Below are positions 43,547-53,698 of a stretch of 64,000 bases of DNA, one piece after another; position 1 is the first letter of the stretch; the number at the start of each line of letters is the position of its first letter. The notes beneath the pieces were generated by a model, which saw only the letters and a program-made list of their open reading frames with translations, had not been told where the DNA came from and ran no database searches. A program made the translations under genes and the position numbers. Source of the stretch: Myxococcota bacterium (lineage in GTDB: Bacteria > Myxococcota_A > UBA796 > UBA2385); assembly GCA_044344255.1 (NCBI GenBank), contig JBIJDH010000003.1, forward strand, positions 32,001-96,000. The letters are read 5' to 3'.

Positions 43547-44080
43547 CTACTGGGCCTGCACGGAGACGGTCTCGCGGAAGGGCGAGTGGGAGATGATCTG
43601 CACGTGGGCGCCGGCCTCGGCCGGGATCGTGAGCTCGACCGGGCCCATCCAGGAGGACTCGACACCGTCCGCGCCGCGCACGATCACCTCGATCCCCTCG
43701 CCGGTCCGAAGCTGCCACGAGGTCGGCGCGGCGCCTTCGAGCCCGGTGTCGTCGCTCGCTTCCACGTCGAGGTCGATGACCGTGAAGGGCTCGATGCCGA
43801 GCTGGGTGGCCTCCTCGGTGGTGGTGCCCCAGGCGAGCGGCCCGCCGGTCATCACGACGCGGCCCTCGCTGTACTTGCAGGTGTAGCCGGCGATCTTGTT
43901 GATCTCCTCGCAGAAGCGCTCGCAAGACAGGTACCAGGGGCGCTCCACCGCGCTGCAGGGCCCGCTGAAGATGAAGCCGGGCCCGGTGACCACGAGCTTG
44001 TCCGCCAGGGCGGGAGCGGCGAAGGCCCCGAGGAGGGTGGTGAGGGCGAGCAGGCGCGACGAGAAGGAGCGGACGGACAT
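43547..44080 (-). CDS. Small secreted Cys-containing hypothetical protein (paralog A)
   Basis: Signal peptide ending ...PALA, with the same 4-Cys motif. Confidence 0.8.
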   Translation of the reverse strand: MSVRSFSSRLLALTTLLGAFAAPALADKLVVTGPGFIFSGPCSAVERPWYLSCERFCEEINKIAGYTCKYSEGRVVMTGGPLAWGTTTEEATQLGIEPFTVIDLDVEASDDTGLEGAAPTSWQLRTGEGIEVIVRGADGVESSWMGPVELTIPAEAGAHVQIISHSPFRETVSVQAQ

Positions 44081-44130
44081 GGTGTTGCTCGGGGCTCGGG
44101 TGGGGTCCCGCTGGGGACGCTCTCCACCAT

Positions 44131-44146
44131 TGCAACCGGCGTGCCA
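44131..44146 (-). promoter_or_regulatory. Sigma-54 (-24/-12) promoter
   Basis: The minus strand reads TGGCAC-GCCGG-TTGCA, an exact consensus, about 50 nt upstream of the ATG at 44080. Confidence 0.85.
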
Positions 44147-44299
44147 CGAGAAAGATCAGCGTATGTCCGTGCTTGCCCTCGGCGGTGACCCCCCGAGGGC
44201 GGGGACAGGCCTGGCCCCGTCGCTGCCTGTGCGCGGCGGTGCAGGCGCGTGGGCGGCCGTGCGGCGGAGTGCCGCGGGAGAGGCGGCGCTCCGTCGGGC

Positions 44300-46450
44300 T
44301 CACCGCGGCCACCCCATCGTGCAGTGGCTCTCGGTCCGCGGGTCGGAGGCGAATTCTGCGTTGTGGGACCAGGGCTCGCTCGGGGCCTCGCAGGTCCAGG
44401 TATTCCAGGTGTCGCCCGGCCTCAGCGCTCGATCGCCGCAGTGCTGGACCCCGTCCCCGTGTGTAAAGCAGACCCTGGCGTAGATGCGACGGTCACACTT
44501 GTTCACCAGCTTGACCTCGAGGCCATCGGTGCCGCAGGGGCCCTTCGAACGCGCGACCTCCTGCAGGCAGCTCGGGAGCGGCAAGCGGCGACCGTCCGCC
44601 GGGCCACCGCAGCCGTAGTCCTTGTCGTCTTCCTTCCCGTTTCCCTTGCCTTCTTCCTTCCCTTCGCGGGGCGCAGCGGTGGCTCTGGCTGCGGCCTCTT
44701 TGACTCGAGCGCGCTGGTCCTCCACGCTGGACGGAGGGGGTGTCGCCGTCCTCGGCTGCGCGCTGCTTCGGGCCGGTTCGAGGGGCGTGGCGGGGGCGGA
44801 GGTGCCGCCCTTCGCCGAGGCGGCGCTCTTGGGGCGCTCGGCGTCGCGGGCGGCGGCCAGCTCACGGGCGCGCTGGGCCTGTTCAGCCTGCTGGGCGCGT
44901 CGGGCCTGCGCCTCCTGCTCTGCGCGCTGCGCCTCCACCTGGGCCCGCTGCCTCGCTTGCTGCTCTTCGGCGGCCCGCTGGCGCGCGGCCTCGTCGGCGG
45001 CCTGCCTCGCCCGGGCCTCCGCTTGGAGCTGCAGCCGCTTCTCCTCTTGGGCCCGCATGACCTCGCTCATCTCCTGGGTGGCAGACTGCAGCTCGCTCAT
45101 CACGGTGTTCATGGTGCCTTGCCGGCGCGCGGCCTTGTCTTCCGCCACGAGGCGTTGGTAGGCCTCATGCACGCGCTGGGCCTCCTGTTGTTCGCGGCGC
45201 CGCTCCGCCTCTCGCGCCTCGTTCGCCGCCTGGGCCGCCGCGGCGACGCTCCGCTCCTGGGCGGCGTGGGTGGCCCGGATCGAAGCCGCGCGGTCCCGGA
45301 AGAGCGCCTGCTCCTCCCGGACGCTCGTCGCGAAGACGGCCCGATCGCAGGCCGCCGGATCGGGCCCGACCCCGGGGGCGCCGCCCAGACAACGCTCTTC
45401 GTCGATGAGGCGTGCCATGTCTGTGAAGATGTCTGCATCGGCGCGGTGTGTTGTGATCCGGGCCGCCTGTAGGCAGGCGAGCCGGTCTCCGTCCGCGCAG
45501 CGCCCTGGCGCCGCGGCCCGGCAGGCTCGGGCGGCGTTGGACAGCGGCTCAACCCCCTTGAGCTCGCCGGAGGTGGGCTCTCCAAAGGTGAGCTTCACCA
45601 TGGCGCCGCCTGTGCGTGACGCGGCGGGGACCGCACGGAGCGCGCGCAGATCGTCGACCCGCGGTGGCGTCGCCCCTGTGTTGACGCCGGCGGCGAGCCC
45701 CTGGAGATCGACGCGGATGGTCGCGGCGGAGGCCTGGGCGCACTCCTGGGTCCAGCCTTTCATCGCCCGAACCCCGTCGGCGGCCAACGTGACCGAGGTG
45801 GCGGACCCCCAGGTGATGGGCATGGTGCCACCCACGGCGACCGCGGCCGGCGGCAGGGCGACCGAGAGCGCGGGCTGCGGCGCGAGGGTCGGCGCCAACC
45901 CATCGTTCGCGCAGGCCTTGACGGTCCCCGTCCTCCAAGACGACGTCTCCTCGTAGGGGCGTTTCCGTACTTTGTCTGCCTCTGCCCTGGCCATACCCTT
46001 CTTGCTGAAGATGATCGCCGGGATCGGGATGCCGACCGCCGCGACCCCGAGCCCCGTGGCGAGCTTGCCGGTGTCTTCGCCGTCCACGATCCCGGATATT
46101 GCATAGGCCATGCCACCAATGATTGCGGATATCCCGACGTTGAAGGCGAGCACCTGATTGGCGCTCAGGTTCCGCCTGTCGATGTTGACGCGTTGTCCCC
46201 AGACCGCGTCCTGGCACATCGCGGTGGCCTCGAGCGGGACGCGGATCGCGCCGGTGCTGTCTGTGACGGCGCCCCCTGCGGAGAGGGTGTGTCCGATATA
46301 GACAGACTCCTCGTGTGTCGCTTCGAAGCCTTGCCCTGCGGGCTGCCAGGCGGCCTGCTTCATGAAGCAGCTGGAGAGCAGCAGGGCGACCGAACCGAAC
46401 CCCATCGAGAGAGCGGGAGAGGGTGCGCGTGGGCGGGTGGGCAGTGTCAT
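44300..46450 (-). CDS. Hypothetical lipoprotein/membrane protein with a coiled coil and a Cys-rich C-terminus
   Basis: LLSSC lipobox-like motif, two hydrophobic segments, a QAR/EQ-rich coiled coil and a Cys-rich tail. Confidence 0.65.
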   Translation of the reverse strand: MTLPTRPRAPSPALSMGFGSVALLLSSCFMKQAAWQPAGQGFEATHEESVYIGHTLSAGGAVTDSTGAIRVPLEATAMCQDAVWGQRVNIDRRNLSANQVLAFNVGISAIIGGMAYAISGIVDGEDTGKLATGLGVAAVGIPIPAIIFSKKGMARAEADKVRKRPYEETSSWRTGTVKACANDGLAPTLAPQPALSVALPPAAVAVGGTMPITWGSATSVTLAADGVRAMKGWTQECAQASAATIRVDLQGLAAGVNTGATPPRVDDLRALRAVPAASRTGGAMVKLTFGEPTSGELKGVEPLSNAARACRAAAPGRCADGDRLACLQAARITTHRADADIFTDMARLIDEERCLGGAPGVGPDPAACDRAVFATSVREEQALFRDRAASIRATHAAQERSVAAAAQAANEAREAERRREQQEAQRVHEAYQRLVAEDKAARRQGTMNTVMSELQSATQEMSEVMRAQEEKRLQLQAEARARQAADEAARQRAAEEQQARQRAQVEAQRAEQEAQARRAQQAEQAQRARELAAARDAERPKSAASAKGGTSAPATPLEPARSSAQPRTATPPPSSVEDQRARVKEAAARATAAPREGKEEGKGNGKEDDKDYGCGGPADGRRLPLPSCLQEVARSKGPCGTDGLEVKLVNKCDRRIYARVCFTHGDGVQHCGDRALRPGDTWNTWTCEAPSEPWSHNAEFASDPRTESHCTMGWPR

Positions 46451-46683
46451 GGAGGGAGCCCTCTGGGAGCCGCGCGGGTGGGGTGGCGGCTCAGCGAACT
46501 CGTACGCACGGGGGGCCCGATGGACAGGCGGCTTCGGTTTGGCGAGAGACGGAGCTGACGGCGCTCATGGCGTGTGTGGGACCAACGTGGCCGCGACGGT
46601 CCGTTCGGTTAGCTGTCCGAACAGAGCGTGCGGCGAGCCTGGGTTCGCGCTACGGGCACCGCCCCCGGCACGGCGAGGCGAGC

Positions 46684-47187
46684 TTGGATCCGACGCCCTT
46701 CATCCTCCTCGGCTTGCTGATCGTCGGTGTCGTCGGCGGGCTGCTGTGGAAGGTCCGACGAATGAAGATCGACCGCGAGGCCGGGCTGCGGGCGGTCGGG
46801 CCCGGCCTCGGGCTGCGCTGGGTCGGGAGCGTGGACGCGGAGGCGCTCCTCGGCCCCTTCCCCTTCTATCGGGAGACGGTCTCCCGCGGCGCCGCCAACC
46901 TGCTCGAGGGGGAGCGCCTCGGCCGCCGCGTCCGTGTGGTGGACTACGCGTATAGCCACACCCTCGAGGACTCCGCCTCGACCTGGCGGCGCACCCTCCT
47001 CCTCTTCGATGCGCCGGGCTTGGCGGACTGCCGCCAGCGCCCGAGCCTGCTCCAGCCGGGCTGGACCGTCGATGGGGTCGGCGGCCGGGCCCTCCTCGGC
47101 CGGGGGACAGAGGTCGTGGCGCCGAGCGAGCTCGGGGCAGAGCTCGCCGCGGCCGAGGCCCTGCTCGCGGCGATGGGCGGGTCCTGA
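46684..47187 (+). CDS. Hypothetical membrane-anchored protein
   Basis: Probable TTG start followed by one TM helix (FILLGLLIVGVVGGLLW). Confidence 0.55.
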   Translation: MDPTPFILLGLLIVGVVGGLLWKVRRMKIDREAGLRAVGPGLGLRWVGSVDAEALLGPFPFYRETVSRGAANLLEGERLGRRVRVVDYAYSHTLEDSASTWRRTLLLFDAPGLADCRQRPSLLQPGWTVDGVGGRALLGRGTEVVAPSELGAELAAAEALLAAMGGS

Positions 47188-47283
47188 GGCGGGGGCGCGG
47201 AGGGGCCGCGCCGCGCCGCCTCGAGGTCGGGCGCGGTGTCGGGGATCCCCGGCCGGTCCTCGGCCGTGTATGATGCGGGGCGA

Positions 47284-48462
47284 ATGTCGGCTCTCCCCTC
47301 GCTCCCCCCCGGCGCCGCCCCAACGGGGGAGCGGTCCGCCCGCCGCTGGGCGCGGCTCGGCCTCTCGGCCGCCTCGACGGTCGCGGCCCTCTTGCTGCTG
47401 GAGGGTGGGCTCCGCCTCGCCTGGCCGGGGCGGGCGGACGCGATGAACCTCGCCGCGTTCACGCGCACCTCCACCCGACCGGGACAGATGACGGAGCTCA
47501 TCCCCGGCGCGCGGAATGACCACTTCGTGGGCGGCCCCGTGCGGATCAATGAGCACGGCCGGCGGGGCCCGAGCGCTCCCCTGGAGAAGCCCCGCGACAC
47601 GGTTCGGATCCTCGCCGTCGGTGACTCGGTGACCTTCGGGTACGGCGTCCGGGAGGAGGCGACCTATCACCAACGGATCGCCAGCCGGTGGACCGCTGGG
47701 GGAGGGCGGAGGTTCGAGGCGATTAACGCGGGCCTCACCAGCGCGGGCCTGCCCTACGTCCTCCACACGGTGCGCGCCGAGTGTGGGGTCCTCGACCCTG
47801 ATCTCATCCTCGTCGGGCTCGTGGTGAATGACTTCGGCGTCTATCCCCCGGAGGTGCTGGAGGAGCGACCCCTCGCTCGCTCTCGGACGGAGGCAGATCC
47901 CGGCCGCTGGCGCCTCCTCGGGCCGCTCCACCGCTCCACCGTGGTCACGATGAGCGTGCACCTGGCGAAGAGCCTGCTCTATCGGACCCGGCTGCTCGAC
48001 CTCAGCGACAGCCCCGGCTATCACTTCCCGGCGCTGGCGGACCCCTCCCCTGCGCTCGACGCGGTGTGGGAGAGCAGCCTGTCGGTGCTGGACGCCACGG
48101 TGGAGGCGGCGCGCGAGTGCGGTTCCCCTATCGCCTTCACCCTCTTCCCCCTCGAGATCCAGCTCAGCGCCTCGGCCCTCCGCCGATACACCGAGGACCT
48201 CGGCTTTCCACTCGGAGAGGGGGTCATCGCGCGGGACCCGCAGCGGCGCCTGGCGGAGTGGGCCGCCGATCGGGGGGTCTCTTTCATTGACCTCGCCCCC
48301 GCCTTCCTCGGTGCTGACCCGAGCGCCCTCTACCTGCGGGGCGGGTACGTCACCGTAGACCCTGTCCACCCCTCGGAGGAGGGTCATCGGGTGGCCGCCG
48401 ATCAGCTCGTGGCGCACCTGGAAGAGATGGACCTCTTCCCTGAGCCCGGAGGCGCCCGATAG
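47284..48462 (+). CDS. SGNH/GDSL hydrolase family protein, membrane-anchored
   Basis: Motifs AVGDSVTFG, INAG, VVND and DPVHPS..GH, with an N-terminal TM segment. Confidence 0.88.
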   Translation: MSALPSLPPGAAPTGERSARRWARLGLSAASTVAALLLLEGGLRLAWPGRADAMNLAAFTRTSTRPGQMTELIPGARNDHFVGGPVRINEHGRRGPSAPLEKPRDTVRILAVGDSVTFGYGVREEATYHQRIASRWTAGGGRRFEAINAGLTSAGLPYVLHTVRAECGVLDPDLILVGLVVNDFGVYPPEVLEERPLARSRTEADPGRWRLLGPLHRSTVVTMSVHLAKSLLYRTRLLDLSDSPGYHFPALADPSPALDAVWESSLSVLDATVEAARECGSPIAFTLFPLEIQLSASALRRYTEDLGFPLGEGVIARDPQRRLAEWAADRGVSFIDLAPAFLGADPSALYLRGGYVTVDPVHPSEEGHRVAADQLVAHLEEMDLFPEPGGAR

Positions 48463-48516
48463 GGCGAGACGCGGGAGCGCCGGTCGCAGGGCACCGCGGT
48501 GGGCCCCCTGCCTGAG

Positions 48517-50472
48517 TCAGTCACCCGCCTCGACATACCCGAGCGCCTGGAGCATCGCGCGCTGCTCTTCGCCGAGATCGGCCGGCGCGCTCGACCGGAG
48601 GCTGTGTCGGGGCTGCCCGTCCAGCAGGTCGCGCAGGAGCTCGGGGTGCTGCTCGGCGAGGTTGTGGGTCTCTCCCGGATCGGAGGCCAGGTGAAAGAGC
48701 TGCTCTGGACCCGCCTCGTCCCATATGGCCTTCCAGTCCCCCCGGCGGACCGCGAACATGCGGTCGGGGGCGACCCGCAGCATGTTCCCCACGCGCAAGC
48801 GCCGCTCGCCGTCTACCGGCCGGGAGAGGTCGGCCCCGCGCATCGCATCGCTGTGGCCGCCGGCTGCGGCGAGCAGGGTGGGCGGGAGGTCGACCAGGCT
48901 CACCGGCTCGGAGACCACGCCGGGCGCTTGGCGCAGCCCGGAGATGACCAAGGGGATGTGGGTCTGCTCTTGATAGAGGGCGTGTCCGTGCTCGAAGCCC
49001 CCGTGCTCGAAGACCTCCTCCCCGTGATCGGCGGTGAGGGTGATGATCCGACCGCGGGCGGGCGCCTCCCCGAGCGCGTCGAGGATACGCCCAGCCTGTC
49101 GGTCCACGAAGCGCACCTCGTCCCGGTAGGCCGCCAACAGCTCGTCGCGGAGCCCCGTCCGACCTTCGAGGGCCGCCACCTCGGCATGAAAGTCGCCGGT
49201 CACCACGCGGAGGCTGGCCTCGGAGACGGAGGGGTCTGTCGTGTGAGCGTAGGGCAAGTGGCTGTCGAGGTAGTGGATCCAGAGGAAGAGCGGGCGGTCC
49301 CGGCGTTGGGCGAGGACCTGGAGGGCGTGGTCGGTCAGCCCCTCTCCGTCGATCGAGCGGCAATGGATGGACTTCGACCAGCGCTGCGTCGCCCGCGCGA
49401 GCAGCGGACAGGCGGCGAGGTTCTGCAGCCCCCGCGGCAAGGCGTGGGGGCGCCACCCCGGTTGATAGAAGTAGTCGAAGCCGCGATCGAGCCCGAAGCT
49501 GGCGCCGACGAAGGGGTTGGGGGCGATCACGCCGACCGTGTCGTATCCTCGCGCCGCGAGCTCTGTCGCAAGGGCCGGCGTGTCGGGGTGGATTCCCGAG
49601 CGGCCCCCTCCAACGTGGGCGCCGGCTCCGTGCACGTCGGGGGGCACCCCGGTGAGCAGGCTGGCCACAGAGGGCAGGGTCCAGGGGGCGGTGGACTGCG
49701 CGGCGGTGAACACGAGCCCCCCGGCGGCGAGGCGCTGATAGAGGGACATCTCCTGGGCGATGTCGAAGCGGAGGGTGTCGACGCTGATGAGCACGATGTC
49801 GGGACCCCGGCCAGGCTCCCGGCTGCTCCAGTCGACCACGGGCGGACCGCTCGGGAGGCGGGCGAGCGCGACCCCGAGCAGGCCTACGAGCGCGCCGCCC
49901 CCAGCTCGGGAGGCCAGCCACCCCATCGCCCCTGCGCAGGCGCCCAGCGTGGCCAGCAGTCCGAGCGGAGGCAGGTCGCCCGGAGCCAGCAGCCACGCCA
50001 CCACCGAGCCGAGGCCGAGGAGGCTCAGCGCCGCGGCCGGGCGGGGATAGGGGCCCCGCGCTCCCGCGCCAGAGTGCCGGTGGAGGGCGGTGATGGTGGC
50101 GAGCAGGGCGACGACGCTCGCCAGCGCCGCCTCCCGCCCGGCGACCTCATGAATCGCCGGGCCGAGGACGCCGAGGCCGATGAGCGCGGTGAGGCAGGCT
50201 CCGAGGAGCCGGTGCAGGGCGAAGCGCAGCCGCCCGGGGAGCGGGACGGCGTCCAACACCCGGGCTGGCACCGCCGACAGGAGCACCATCCCCGTGAGGG
50301 AGATGGTGATGGTGACCCCGGCGAGCTGCTCGCCGCCGCTAAAGCGCGCCAACACCAGCTCGGCGGCGCCCAGGAGGGCCCCGAGGCGGAGGGCCTCGGG
50401 CCAGTGGTGTGGCTCAGCGGCGCCCGGCGTTGCGACCGTCGGGTGAGGGGAAAGGGCGGTCGTCGCGGACAT
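48517..50472 (-). CDS. Membrane-anchored sulfatase/alkaline-phosphatase superfamily protein
   Basis: Multi-TM N-terminus; motifs ISVDTLR, APWTLPS, HYLDSHLPY, TADHGEE and EHGH. Confidence 0.88.
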   Translation of the reverse strand: MSATTALSPHPTVATPGAAEPHHWPEALRLGALLGAAELVLARFSGGEQLAGVTITISLTGMVLLSAVPARVLDAVPLPGRLRFALHRLLGACLTALIGLGVLGPAIHEVAGREAALASVVALLATITALHRHSGAGARGPYPRPAAALSLLGLGSVVAWLLAPGDLPPLGLLATLGACAGAMGWLASRAGGGALVGLLGVALARLPSGPPVVDWSSREPGRGPDIVLISVDTLRFDIAQEMSLYQRLAAGGLVFTAAQSTAPWTLPSVASLLTGVPPDVHGAGAHVGGGRSGIHPDTPALATELAARGYDTVGVIAPNPFVGASFGLDRGFDYFYQPGWRPHALPRGLQNLAACPLLARATQRWSKSIHCRSIDGEGLTDHALQVLAQRRDRPLFLWIHYLDSHLPYAHTTDPSVSEASLRVVTGDFHAEVAALEGRTGLRDELLAAYRDEVRFVDRQAGRILDALGEAPARGRIITLTADHGEEVFEHGGFEHGHALYQEQTHIPLVISGLRQAPGVVSEPVSLVDLPPTLLAAAGGHSDAMRGADLSRPVDGERRLRVGNMLRVAPDRMFAVRRGDWKAIWDEAGPEQLFHLASDPGETHNLAEQHPELLRDLLDGQPRHSLRSSAPADLGEEQRAMLQALGYVEAGD

Positions 50473-50559
50473 TCGCCCGGACCATAGAGGGGGCGGGGCG
50501 GGCTGTCACCTCAAACCTGGGCAATGTCGGCCTCGGAACCCCAGCCCGGACGTCCTGAC

Positions 50560-51858
50560 TTACACAAGCTCCTTCAAGATCGAGGCGAGATCCTCGTCAT
50601 TCCCGTCGAGGTCGAGCACGCCATCGTCGGCGGGCCGAGCTGCGCCGCGCGCCCCGGTCCGAGCGGGAGGCCCGCCGAGGGGCCCCGGTGCGGTGAGCCG
50701 CGGTCGCGGCGCGGGGGCCATCGGCGGCGGCGAGGGGCGCAGGCCGGGGCGCGCCGAGGGTTGGGTCGGGGCCTCGATCGGCCGCTCCGAGGTGGTCGGA
50801 GGGAGCGGGCCGGCGGAGGTGCTGGCCTCATCGGGGAGGGGCTCGCGGCCGGCGTCGCGGCTGCGCACGAAGTGCCGATCGCGGCTGTCCTGCCAGCGGC
50901 GCCAGCGCTCGAAGCTCCACATGCCCTCGGCGGCGCCAGTCTGGAGCTGGTTCTGGAGGCGGCCGAAGGCCCCCTGGCGGATGATCGCGCGCACGGGGTC
51001 GTTGTTGACGAGCACCTCGCACTCCGGGAGGCGGACGCCGAGGTCGGCCCGGTGGAGGAGGCGCTGCGCGACCACGCCCACGAGGGTCTCGGCGAGGGCA
51101 GCCTGGACGCTCGCCTGGGCCTCGGGGGCGAAGCTGGCGACGATCCGCGAGAGGGCCTCGGCGCAGGATCCCGCGTGGAGCGTGGTGATCACGAGGTGGC
51201 CGGTCTCGGCGGCGGTGAGGGCGAGGCGGATGGTCTCGGCCTCCCGCACCTCGCCCACCACGAGCACGTCTGGATCCTGGCGGAGGGCGTCCATCAGCCC
51301 CTGCTGAAAGGTGGGGGTGTCCCGCCCGACCTCCCGCTGTCGGATGAGCGATCGGCGCTGCCGGTGGCTGTGCTCGATCGGCTGCTCGAGGGTGATGATG
51401 TGGGCCGACCGGCTGCGGTTGATCTCCTCGACGAAGGCCGCCAGGGTCGAGCTCTTCCCGGAGCCCGTGGCGCCGGTCACGAGCAGGAGGCCGCTCGGGC
51501 GCTGCAGGAGGCGGGCGAGGTCGGGGTGGAGGTTGAGGCTGTCGAGCGTGGCCTGGAAGGGGTGGAGCAGGCGGATCGCGAAGCCGAGCCCATGGGCGCT
51601 GTGGAGCACGTGGATCCGGCAGCGGGTGCCGCCGATGGTGCGGGCGAGGTCGGCGGAGCGCCGCTCCTGCAGGGCCGCCCAGCCCTCTTCGTCGAGCAGC
51701 CGGGCGGCTTCGGCGGCGAGCTCCGTCGGGGAGATCTGGAGGTCGAGGGGGCGGAGCTGACCGTTCACCCGCAGGGTGGCCGGGAGCCCGGCTTCGAGGT
51801 GCAGATCGCTGGCGCCGAGGGCGCTCGCCTGGGACAGGAGGGAGTCGAGCAGGGCCAA
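50560..51858 (-). CDS. PilT/PilU family type IV pilus ATPase
   Basis: Motifs ASDLHL, TGATGSGKSST, IITLE.PIE, ALRQDPDV..VGEVR and AAETGHLV.TTLH. Probable TTG start. Confidence 0.9.
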   Translation of the reverse strand: MALLDSLLSQASALGASDLHLEAGLPATLRVNGQLRPLDLQISPTELAAEAARLLDEEGWAALQERRSADLARTIGGTRCRIHVLHSAHGLGFAIRLLHPFQATLDSLNLHPDLARLLQRPSGLLLVTGATGSGKSSTLAAFVEEINRSRSAHIITLEQPIEHSHRQRRSLIRQREVGRDTPTFQQGLMDALRQDPDVLVVGEVREAETIRLALTAAETGHLVITTLHAGSCAEALSRIVASFAPEAQASVQAALAETLVGVVAQRLLHRADLGVRLPECEVLVNNDPVRAIIRQGAFGRLQNQLQTGAAEGMWSFERWRRWQDSRDRHFVRSRDAGREPLPDEASTSAGPLPPTTSERPIEAPTQPSARPGLRPSPPPMAPAPRPRLTAPGPLGGPPARTGARGAARPADDGVLDLDGNDEDLASILKELV

Positions 51859-52336
51859 GGGGGCTCCTTCTGCGCGCAGGCCGCGGGGGCGCCGGGAGCC
51901 AGGGCGGTCCCGAGGCGGGGAGTGGGAAGAACGACAGGGTAGCACCCGCCGCTGGCCGTCTCTTCCGCCCACCGGCGACCGGCGCCGGCCTCGTCGAGAC
52001 AGCCTCGATTTAACGTCGAGCCTCAAGGAGCCGATAGGCCCTTCTCCCCCCGATTCGGCCCCCATGGGCCCCCTGGAGCGTGAAATGGCTGTCACCCCCT
52101 GTACCTGGGTCGTCTGCGCCGCCGCTCTGGGCTCCTCTGTCCACAGCGTCGGCGCCCCCGCCTTCGGCTTCGCGGAACCGGGCAGACGCTGACCCTCTGG
52201 GGTCAGTCCTCCGTCCAGACACGCGGGCCACAATCGGCCTCCGGGCCAGGCCGCCTACACGCGTCGTGAGGCGGCCACTGAGTCGCGGCGTCGACGCCCT
52301 GTCGAGGCCGCGGAACCCCCGCTGTGTGGACGAACA

Positions 52337-53518
52337 ATGTACCCTCCTGCTGGTCAGCTTCCGATGGTGGAAGCGGCTTCAACCCATCCTGTCTCCCCGA
52401 TCCCCAGCGCCGCCGGGCGCGCCGCCGCCCCCTCCTTGGAGGGCCTCGGCTGGTCCAATTCATTCCTCTCCCAGCTCGACCTCGCCGACCTCCAGCCCTC
52501 GCGCCTCGGCCGCCTCCCTGTCGGGCGGGTGAGCTTCGAGAGCCACGGCCACTACACGCTCCTCACCGAGGTGGGGGAGGTGGCGGCCGAGCTCGGCGGG
52601 CGGGAGCGCGACCGCGCCGCCGCCTTCGACGACTGGCCCGCGGTCGGCGACTGGCTCCGCCTCCGTCCCCCCGAGGGCGACGGCCCCGCCCTCGTCCTCG
52701 GCCGCCTCGAGCGCCGGAGCAGCCTCTCCCGGGTCGCGCCGAGCGGGCGCCGGCAGGTGGTGGGGGCCAACCTCGACCTCGTCTTCATCACGAGCGCGGT
52801 CGAGGGCGACCTCAACCTGCGGCGCCTCGAGCGGTACCTCGCCGTCGCCCGCGAGGGGGGCTGCGAGCCGGTCATCCTCCTCACCAAGGTTGATCAGGCC
52901 CGCGACGCCGAGCGCGCCCGCCGGGAGGTGGAGCGGGTGGCGGAGGGCGCCCCGGTGCTCCTCTCGAGCGCGCTGCGGGGCGACGGCCTCGCGCAAGTGG
53001 AGGCGCTCCTGTCGCCCGGGGCCACCGCCGCCTTCGTGGGCTCGTCGGGGGTGGGCAAGTCCACCCTCGTCAACCGCCTCCTCGGCGCCGAGCTCGCGCC
53101 GACGGGCCCGGTGCGGGAGGAGGACGGCAAGGGCCGCCACACCACCACCGCCCGCCACCTCCGCCGGACCCCCAGCGGCGCCCTGGTCCTCGACACCCCG
53201 GGGATGCGGGAGCTGGCGATCGGGGACGCGCAGGACGGCGTGTCCGCCACCTTCGCCGACGTGCTCGCCCTCGCGGAGGGCTGCCGCTACCGGGACTGCC
53301 GCCACGCGGGCGAGCCCGGCTGCGCGGTGGCCGCGGCGCTCGAGGCCGGGGAGCTCGATCCCGACCGCCTCCGCAGCCTCCAGAAGCTTGAGCGGGAGGC
53401 CGCCTACGACGCGGCGCGGGACGATCCGCGCCGGGCGGCGGCGATGCGCGAGGCCTGGAAGAAGCGCACGATGAACGCGAGCGCCCGCGCCGCCTACCGC
53501 AAGGCCAACGGGGGCTGA
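52337..53518 (+). CDS. rsgA: Ribosome small subunit-dependent GTPase RsgA
   Basis: Motifs TKVD, GSSGVGKST, GRHTT and DTPGMRE, with the Zn finger CRYRDCRH.GEPGC. Confidence 0.93.
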   Translation: MYPPAGQLPMVEAASTHPVSPIPSAAGRAAAPSLEGLGWSNSFLSQLDLADLQPSRLGRLPVGRVSFESHGHYTLLTEVGEVAAELGGRERDRAAAFDDWPAVGDWLRLRPPEGDGPALVLGRLERRSSLSRVAPSGRRQVVGANLDLVFITSAVEGDLNLRRLERYLAVAREGGCEPVILLTKVDQARDAERARREVERVAEGAPVLLSSALRGDGLAQVEALLSPGATAAFVGSSGVGKSTLVNRLLGAELAPTGPVREEDGKGRHTTTARHLRRTPSGALVLDTPGMRELAIGDAQDGVSATFADVLALAEGCRYRDCRHAGEPGCAVAAALEAGELDPDRLRSLQKLEREAAYDAARDDPRRAAAMREAWKKRTMNASARAAYRKANGG

Positions 53519-53698
53519 GGCGAGCGCGGGCGGGGAGGGGGCGGTAGAGGCGAAGAGAGGCCGTCCGAGACGAGCTCGCGCTCCTGCCGTCCCAGACTGT
53601 GACCGGTGTCCCTCCAGTCCTCGGCTCCGACCCTGACAGCCTTTGAGGGGTTTGTGTCTTCCGTTCATCCGATAGGGGTGGGCCGTCCGGGCGGAGAT

